From Candidatus Hadarchaeales archaeon (GTDB lineage Archaea; Hadarchaeota; Hadarchaeia; Hadarchaeales; Hadarchaeaceae): DNA of 32,000 nt. Below are positions 26,283 through 32,000 of the stretch, piece after piece. The stretch is taken from positions 101,441-133,440 of the forward strand of contig JAWBCC010000003.1 in assembly GCA_038823825.1 (NCBI GenBank), in the 5' to 3' direction. The notes below the pieces were generated by a model. The model was not told the DNA's origin. It worked only from the letters and a program-made list of their open reading frames with translations, and made no database searches. Each line of letters begins with the position of its first letter. The first letter of the stretch is position 1. The translations under genes and the position numbers were made by a program.

Positions 26283-28103
26283 ATGGGAAAGTTCTACATA
26301 ACAACTCCCATATATTACATAAATGCCGTTCCACACATCGGTCACGCCTACACGACCGTAATAGCAGATATCATAGCCAGATGGCGCAGGCTGGCAGGCG
26401 ACGATGTTTTTTTCTTGACAGGACTCGATGAGAATTCGTCCAAAACCGTGGAAGCGGCGGAAAATATGGGATTCGAAAATCCGCAGGAGTATGCCGACTG
26501 GATGGCTGAGAAGTGGAAGAATGTTTGGCGAATTTTATGCATAAGCAATAACGATTTCATTCGCACGACAGAGGAGAGACACAAAAAGAGAGTTCAAGAG
26601 ATTTTCCAGCGTCTTCTGGAAAAGGGCGAGATATATCCTGGAATTTACGAAGGGCTCTATTGTGACGGTTGTGAGGCCTACGTTTCCGAGGAAGACCTCG
26701 TTGATGGAAAGTGTCCTTTGCACGGAACGGAGCCGAAGAAAGTTAAAGAGGAGAACTATTTCTTCAGACTTTCCGCTTATCGCGATGCCTTGCTGGAGCA
26801 CTTGCGGAACAATCCGGATTTCATAATACCGGAGGCAAGGAGGAACGAAGTAGTGAGTTTTCTCCAGAGGGGTCTGAAAGACGTCAGCGTTACCAGGCGA
26901 GGTTTGAAGTGGGGAATCGAGGTCCCAGGAGATCCTGAACAGAGGATATGGGTCTGGTTTGATGCCTTGATAAACTACTTGGTTGCACAAGATTACTGGC
27001 CAGCCGATGTTCATCTAATTGCAAAGGACATTCTCAGATTTCATTGTATTTTATGGCCAGCTATGCTGATGGCCGCCAACTATCCTTTACCTAAAAAAAT
27101 CCTGTCGCATGGCTTCCTGACAGTTAACGGGAGAAAGATAAGCAAATCCCTTGGCAATGTTATAGACCCAGTATATCTGGCGGAGAAATATTCCCCCGAT
27201 GTTCTCCGCTATTTCTTAGCTAGGGAGATCTCGCTCGGACAGGATGGTGACTTCTCAGAAGAGAATCTTAGAAGAAGACTAAACGACGAGTTGGCAGATG
27301 TTCTCGGAAATCTCATTCACAGGGTTTTAACCTTCATCCATGCGAGATACAACGGTAGGGCCCCAGAGGGAGAACTAGACAGAGAATTTTTGGAGGAGGT
27401 GAACAAGCGGGTGAGAGAAATCATTCGTCTAATGGACCGGTTCGAAGTCACGAGAGCGGCCGAGGAGATAGTAAATTTGGCTAGACTGGGAAACGAATAC
27501 TTTCAGCGATGCAAGCCGTGGGAATCGATTTCAACAAAGCCTGCGGAGGCCGCGAAGTGCCTTCTCAGTTGTTTAAACTTGGTTGGAACGATCTGTGTTC
27601 TGCTTTCTCCGTTTATGCCAATCACCGCAGAACGTTTGAGCAAGCAGATGAATTTTAAGGTAGAAAGGCTTGACCAGGCCCTGAGGCCGGGAATCCTTCC
27701 GGGCCACGAAATTGGAAAGCCTGAGCCGCTTTTCAGGAAGGCTCAAGATGAGAAAACGGCTGAGGCCGCAGTAAGTCGAGAAGTAACAGTTTCCGACTTT
27801 GAAAAAATGGATATTAGAATAGCAAAAGTTCTTTCCTGCGAAAAAATAAAAGGCTCCGAAAAATTGCTCAAGCTCTCGGTTGATGTGGGCGGAGAGGTAC
27901 GGACAATCGTGGCTGGGATAGGAAAGTCCTATTCACCGGAGGATTTAGTCGGTAGACTTGTTGTTGTGGTTGTTAACATAAAGCCAGCAAAAATAATGGG
28001 AGTAGTTTCACATGGGATGCTGTTGGCTGCCGGTGACGATGAGAATAAACTCTCTCTACTGGTTCCCGATAGGACGCAGGAGCCGGGCACCAAGGTGAGA
28101 TGA
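26283..28103 (+). CDS. metG: Methionyl-tRNA synthetase with C-terminal tRNA-binding domain
   Basis: YITTPIYYINAVPHIGHAYTTVIADIIARWRR, GFLTVNGRKISKSLGNVIDP, and the C-terminal VSDFEKMDIRIAKVLSCEKIKGSEKLLKLSVDVG...VVVVVNIKPAKIMGVVSHGMLLAA domain. The exact start is uncertain (the track uses 26256). Confidence 0.95.
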   Translation: MGKFYITTPIYYINAVPHIGHAYTTVIADIIARWRRLAGDDVFFLTGLDENSSKTVEAAENMGFENPQEYADWMAEKWKNVWRILCISNNDFIRTTEERHKKRVQEIFQRLLEKGEIYPGIYEGLYCDGCEAYVSEEDLVDGKCPLHGTEPKKVKEENYFFRLSAYRDALLEHLRNNPDFIIPEARRNEVVSFLQRGLKDVSVTRRGLKWGIEVPGDPEQRIWVWFDALINYLVAQDYWPADVHLIAKDILRFHCILWPAMLMAANYPLPKKILSHGFLTVNGRKISKSLGNVIDPVYLAEKYSPDVLRYFLAREISLGQDGDFSEENLRRRLNDELADVLGNLIHRVLTFIHARYNGRAPEGELDREFLEEVNKRVREIIRLMDRFEVTRAAEEIVNLARLGNEYFQRCKPWESISTKPAEAAKCLLSCLNLVGTICVLLSPFMPITAERLSKQMNFKVERLDQALRPGILPGHEIGKPEPLFRKAQDEKTAEAAVSREVTVSDFEKMDIRIAKVLSCEKIKGSEKLLKLSVDVGGEVRTIVAGIGKSYSPEDLVGRLVVVVVNIKPAKIMGVVSHGMLLAAGDDENKLSLLVPDRTQEPGTKVR

Positions 28104-28107
28104 TCTG

Positions 28108-28743
28108 ATGAAGTTAGATCTACACGTTCACTCGCGTTATTCTGTCAAGGATTGTTCTTCGAATTTGAAAGATCTCGTGAAAATCGCAAAAATGAAAGGG
28201 TTGGATGGTTTTGCTCTCACGGATCACGACACCGTTGCAGGTCTCAGGGAGGCTAAAAGATTTTCTTCAAAGGGATTCCTGATAATCCCCGGCGTTGAAG
28301 TTTCCACAACCGGAGGTCATGTTCTCGGGCTCGGCGTGAGCGATGAAATCCCCAAAGGACTAAAACCAGAGGAGACTGTCGAAAAAATACACGAGCAGGG
28401 CGGAGTCGCTGTGGCGGCCCATCCTTTTTCACTCGGCAGAAGAGCGTCTCTTGTCTACAGGACGAAGTTTGACGCTATCGAGATTCTCAATGCCCGGGCA
28501 GGGTGGCTCTCCAACAAGCTGGCAGAAAATTTTGCGAAAAATCATGGCATTGTTGGAGTTGGTGGCTCAGACGCCCATTTGTTAACGGATGTTGGCACCG
28601 CTTACACTGTTTTGAACTGTGGGTCTAAAATAGAGGAAGTGCTAGAAAGTATAAGAGGGGGAGAGACATCAGTAGGCGGGCGATCTCTCCCCCTCCCCTT
28701 GACCCTGTGGAGGATCCTCCAGCGCACCCTCCACAAAGGGTGA
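28108..28743 (+). CDS. PHP-domain phosphoesterase-like protein
   Basis: LDLHVHSRYSVKDCSSNL, GFALTDHDTVAGL, LIIPGVEVST, GGSDAHLLTDVG. Confidence 0.9.
   Translation: MKLDLHVHSRYSVKDCSSNLKDLVKIAKMKGLDGFALTDHDTVAGLREAKRFSSKGFLIIPGVEVSTTGGHVLGLGVSDEIPKGLKPEETVEKIHEQGGVAVAAHPFSLGRRASLVYRTKFDAIEILNARAGWLSNKLAENFAKNHGIVGVGGSDAHLLTDVGTAYTVLNCGSKIEEVLESIRGGETSVGGRSLPLPLTLWRILQRTLHKG
28655..28695. repeat. Inverted repeat, 12-bp perfect stem
   Basis: GAGGGGGAGAGA (28655-28666) and TCTCTCCCCCTC (28684-28695), 17-nt spacer. Confidence 0.9.
28706..28735. repeat. Inverted repeat, 8-bp perfect stem, extendable
   Basis: TGTGGAGG (28706-28713) and CCTCCACA (28728-28735), with flanking CCC/GGG. Confidence 0.85.
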
Positions 28744-28750
28744 GCGCAAA

Positions 28751-28775
28751 GGCGGGGAGGCTTTATCTCCCCGCC
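28751..28775. terminator. Strong hairpin between convergent genes, possible terminator or 3'-end stability element
   Basis: GGCGGGGAG-GCTTTAT-CTCCCCGCC, a 9-bp perfect stem with 7-nt loop between the PHP and RHH stop codons. Confidence 0.5.
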
Positions 28776-28804
28776 TATGCTGGCTAGACCCGAGAGGCGA
28801 TGGT

Positions 28805-29014
28805 TCAGCGTGATTTTTTCGCATATTCAACGAATCCTTTAACTTTCTCCAAGTTTGCCATCATCCAATCATGAATCATTTTTCTGACAACCTCGCTTCT
28901 ATTCGCTCCATAGCCGGCTCCAACGAGGTCGTCAATGATCTTGAGATAAAGACCTTCAACAAACACCCGGACTTCGACCTTGTGTTGTCCGGATGTTTTT
29001 TCTTGTTCAACCAT
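28805..29014 (-). CDS. Small ribbon-helix-helix (CopG-like) regulator
   Basis: VEVRVFVEGLYLKIIDDLVGAGYGANRSEVVRKMIHDWM is an RHH pattern. GGAGG precedes the trimmed ATG (the track ORF extends to 29053). Confidence 0.7.
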   Translation of the reverse strand: MVEQEKTSGQHKVEVRVFVEGLYLKIIDDLVGAGYGANRSEVVRKMIHDWMMANLEKVKGFVEYAKKSR

Positions 29015-29095
29015 TCTTTTCATCCCTCCAGTTAACTGTAACTTCACTGACACATAGCTGGATGGTAATATAAAAAACTTTTGGGAGTTTATAAA

Positions 29096-29122
29096 GCGAA
29101 AGTTTCGGCAATTTTGCGAAAG
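29096..29122. promoter_or_regulatory. Operator-like repeat pair upstream of the GH125-like gene
   Basis: GCGAAAG at 29096-29102 and 29116-29122 (20-bp period); CGAAAGTTTCG (29097-29107) is an inverted repeat. TATA-like CTTTATTTAG follows at 29123. Confidence 0.4.
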
Positions 29123-29158
29123 CTTTATTTAGTCAACAACAGAAAGCGGGACGAAACC

Positions 29159-32000
29159 ATGAGAGTAGAGAAAGGAGCAGCGTTTGTGTTTTTATTATCT
29201 TTCGTGATCGCGCTTTTGATAATACCAAACCAGATGATTTTGGCTTCCCCATCCTCCATCGACGCTTATCTGGAAAACATCCATATTTCCGATCCATATC
29301 TTCTAAAGATGTTCAGAAATACCTTCGTGAACACGATTCAGACAACAGTAGGACTAAAAGACGACAATACAACGTATGTGATTACTGGCGACATCAACGC
29401 AATGTGGGTAAGAGACTCCTGCGCTCAGGTGTACCCCTATGCTCTCATTTGCATAAATGATGCATATCTTCAGCGCGTAGTCCGTGGAGTGATGCTCCGC
29501 CACTTCAAGCATTTTAATTCTTCCTACCCCATGTCCACGATCATAAACTCGTGGAAAGAGGATTATACTCCTTGGGAATATAAGTACGAACACGATGGCA
29601 TAGCGTATTTAATTAGACTTTGCTGGGTCTACTGGAAAGTTTCAGGGGATGATTCTTGGGCTCATCTTTCTGGTGATTTCAACGCTCAGAAGGCGTTTGG
29701 GAAGGCGCTAAGGCAGATCTTGGACAACATGGATGTGACAACCGGTCTTGTGAGAGTTTCTCATAGGCCCAGCGATGATTCAACTGTTTATCCTTTTTTG
29801 ATTCCGACAAACATGTTCATCGCAGCCACGATGCCGATGTTGAAAGAGATGTATCTTAACCTATGGGAAAATGAGGTAGGCGCCGACCTCTGCGATAAAA
29901 TAAGGGAAAACATTATGCGCGGAATAGAGACGTACGCGGTATACAACGATCCAGTCTTCGGAAGGATATGGGCATACGAAGTTGATGGACGGGGAAGATA
30001 CCTCCTTATGGATGACGCAAATGTACCGAGTTTGCTTTCTGCACCTTACATAGGATTCACATCAACAGACAACGATGTCTATCAGAACACGCGCAGATTT
30101 TTGCTTAGTTCTTCAAATCCCTATTTCTTTTCCGGAAGCTATATTTCTGGAATTGGAAGTCCTCACACGCCAGGATCGAGAGTGTGGCCAATGTCACTGA
30201 TTGTCCAAATTCTCACTTCGGATAATCATAAAGAAATAGAAAGTTGTTTGGAGCAGCTGAAGATTTCGGACGCCGGAACGAAATTGATGCATGAGAGCAT
30301 AAATCCGAACAACCCGGCGGACTACACGCGCTCTTGGTTTGCTTGGGCGAATTCTCTTTTTGCCGAAATGGTGATCACAAAAGTTGTTGGGTTACACATC
30401 GATAACGGCGAAATTTGGGTCAGGCCTCACCTGAACAAACATTTGAGCGAAATAGAAGCAAAAGACATTCCTTTCTGGAATTTTTCCTCACTGACGATAA
30501 AGGCGAAGGGGATAGATTCAACGATAAGACAAGTTCGAAGGAATGGGCAACCCGTGAATTTTGACCAGCGTATGGGTGTAAAAATCACAAATGATGAGCA
30601 GCAGATTGAAGTTTGCACGACTCAGCTTAGATTGACTCAAACACCGGTCGATCTTTCTTCATATTTTAACAGAGATGGAATCAGCTGGGACAATAACAGG
30701 GGAAATCTTGATGGTTCTGAGGGTTATGACGCAGACGGGTTCTCCGACAACATCACCTGCCGAGATTGCGGTATTCTTTTCCTTATAGGCAGCAGGATGG
30801 ACGGACAGAAAAACATGGTTTCGACCTCTTCTCAGACGATCGATTTGCCAAATGGACATTATTCCGCTTTACATATCTTGGGAGCATCAATTGGAAGCGG
30901 AAGTGTCCAGAGTGGAACGCTTCGCGTGAATTACCAAGATGGGTCATATTCTAACGTTACCCTGAGGTTGAGCGATTGGTGTCAGAGTCCGGAAACGGGA
31001 GAACATGTCGCCATTTTAATTGGCCATAGGCATTCTGGGGGGCAGGATCAAGTTGTTAAATGTAGAGTTTTTCACCGAGAAATTTCTCTCGATAGCAACA
31101 AAATTGTCGAAAATATAGTTTTGCCAAATAACCAGTACATGCGAATTCTAGCGATCACAGTTAGTAGACGGGATTATCCAATTCTAGTTAAGCCGGAGAA
31201 CTCTTCCCAGATAAATGACAACACGCCTATCTTCAGCTGGATACCCGCCGAGTTGCAGGATAACCAGAGATTCTTGCTCGATGATGATCTTTCCTTTTCT
31301 TCCCCAATTGAAAACATCATTTTGCCTCCTTCTGTCGAAAATTTTGAGGTGATTTCTGGTCTACCAGACGGCCGGTATTATTGGAAAGTAGTTCCGATTT
31401 TCGAAGGAGAGGAGTTCGATTCAGACGTTTGGGAGTTCAGCGTCGACACCCAACCACCGCAAGTCCCAACTCCATTGTCTCCAGAAAACGGTTTCAAGAT
31501 TGTTGGACTATCCGTAATATTCTCTTGGTCCGGATCTGAGAATGTTCTCTATAACCTACAAGTTACCACAGGAGTCACGGATTTAGACTACTTCACTTAT
31601 GAGAATCAAACTGAAATTCAGCTTCCGGACCACGGAATATACTACTGGAGAATTAGGGCGATGGATCAGGCCGGCAACTGGAGTGATTGGTCAGAATTTA
31701 GAAGACTCGATGTCCTTTACAGTTGGTGGAACCAAGAATGGACCTGCCGGAGGAAAATTGAAATAAGTGGAAATCACCCTGAAAACTTCCAGATAAAAGT
31801 AGTTCTTCCGTCGGACATCGAAAATACAATTTATCCAAGCATAAGATTTTTGGAGGATGAAAACAGGGGTTTTCTTCCATATTGGATAGAGAAAGCGGAG
31901 AATGCTTACACAAACATCGTCTGGGTGCGCAGGCTCGAAAACTCAGACAACGAGATCTGGATGTACTATGGTAATCCCTATGTGACGAGTGCCGAGAACG
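29159..32000 (+). CDS. Secreted GH125-like glycoside hydrolase with galactose-binding-like, Fn3-like and DUF2341-like domains; runs off the right edge
   Basis: Manual translation from ATG 29159 is open to 32000. It has an N-terminal signal-like segment (KGAAFVFLLSFVIALLIIPNQMILAS), then YVITGDINAMWVRDSCAQVYPY, SYISGIGSPHTPGSRVWPMSLIVQ; VDLSSYFNRDGISWD...LPNGHYSALHILGASIG...LRLSDWC; TPLSPENGFKIVGLSVIFSWSG; YSWWNQEWTCRRKIEI...IRFLEDENRGFLPYWIEKAE...VWVRRLENSDNEIWMYYGNPY. Frame was checked at 30635 and 31724. Confidence 0.85.
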   Translation, partial: MRVEKGAAFVFLLSFVIALLIIPNQMILASPSSIDAYLENIHISDPYLLKMFRNTFVNTIQTTVGLKDDNTTYVITGDINAMWVRDSCAQVYPYALICINDAYLQRVVRGVMLRHFKHFNSSYPMSTIINSWKEDYTPWEYKYEHDGIAYLIRLCWVYWKVSGDDSWAHLSGDFNAQKAFGKALRQILDNMDVTTGLVRVSHRPSDDSTVYPFLIPTNMFIAATMPMLKEMYLNLWENEVGADLCDKIRENIMRGIETYAVYNDPVFGRIWAYEVDGRGRYLLMDDANVPSLLSAPYIGFTSTDNDVYQNTRRFLLSSSNPYFFSGSYISGIGSPHTPGSRVWPMSLIVQILTSDNHKEIESCLEQLKISDAGTKLMHESINPNNPADYTRSWFAWANSLFAEMVITKVVGLHIDNGEIWVRPHLNKHLSEIEAKDIPFWNFSSLTIKAKGIDSTIRQVRRNGQPVNFDQRMGVKITNDEQQIEVCTTQLRLTQTPVDLSSYFNRDGISWDNNRGNLDGSEGYDADGFSDNITCRDCGILFLIGSRMDGQKNMVSTSSQTIDLPNGHYSALHILGASIGSGSVQSGTLRVNYQDGSYSNVTLRLSDWCQSPETGEHVAILIGHRHSGGQDQVVKCRVFHREISLDSNKIVENIVLPNNQYMRILAITVSRRDYPILVKPENSSQINDNTPIFSWIPAELQDNQRFLLDDDLSFSSPIENIILPPSVENFEVISGLPDGRYYWKVVPIFEGEEFDSDVWEFSVDTQPPQVPTPLSPENGFKIVGLSVIFSWSGSENVLYNLQVTTGVTDLDYFTYENQTEIQLPDHGIYYWRIRAMDQAGNWSDWSEFRRLDVLYSWWNQEWTCRRKIEISGNHPENFQIKVVLPSDIENTIYPSIRFLEDENRGFLPYWIEKAENAYTNIVWVRRLENSDNEIWMYYGNPYVTSAEN

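Noticed and set aside
29354-30954. Small antisense and alternative-frame ORFs in the GH125-like region
   Set aside because: They overlap the long open frame from 29159 that carries consistent domain signatures.
1-32000. Search for CRISPR arrays, transposons/IS ends, integrases, toxin-antitoxin or defence islands, tRNA/rRNA genes
   Set aside because: No regularly spaced repeats, no transposase or integrase motifs, and no tRNA T-loop-like pattern in a plausible intergenic position were seen by eye. A tRNAscan-SE run would be decisive for tRNAs.

Overview
This window is archaeal chromosome. The evidence is an aRF1-type release factor, HerA/NurA, an archaeal-style DUF39/NIL-ferredoxin/UPF0280 trio, a digeranylgeranylglyceryl-phosphate-synthase-like UbiA protein, GGAGGTGAT Shine-Dalgarno sites and TATA-like boxes. 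It is densely packed with mostly core or metabolic genes. I found no CRISPR array, transposase, integrase or tRNA/rRNA gene. From left to right the content is: partial endonuclease V (-); small Zn-ribbon protein plus a LigD-Pol/primase-like AEP protein; a GC-rich structured interval that is probably an ncRNA; type IA topoisomerase; homocysteine-biosynthesis-like trio; SNase; UbiA; NurA-HerA; pfkB kinase; conserved small protein; second GC-rich structured interval; ubiquitin-like/MoaD-like protein; SufBD and SufC; EngB; uridine phosphorylase-like; macro domain; HAD; QueC-like / FdrA-like / methyltransferase / rhomboid cluster; aRF1; AdoHcyase / SAH-deaminase / DJ-1 cluster; MetRS; PHP protein; RHH regulator; and a large open-ended secreted GH125-like multidomain protein that the ORF track missed. 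The items most worth following up are (1) the two structured GC-rich non-coding intervals (about 1850-2126 and 13097-13217), (2) the AEP protein, in which the expected motif II His reads as Gln, (3) the QueC-like/FdrA-like/MTase/rhomboid cluster, (4) the secreted GH125-like + galactose-binding-like + DUF2341-like protein beside a divergent RHH regulator with operator-like repeats, and (5) three consecutive hairpins at 28655-28775. All family assignments are from motif recognition, with no database search.
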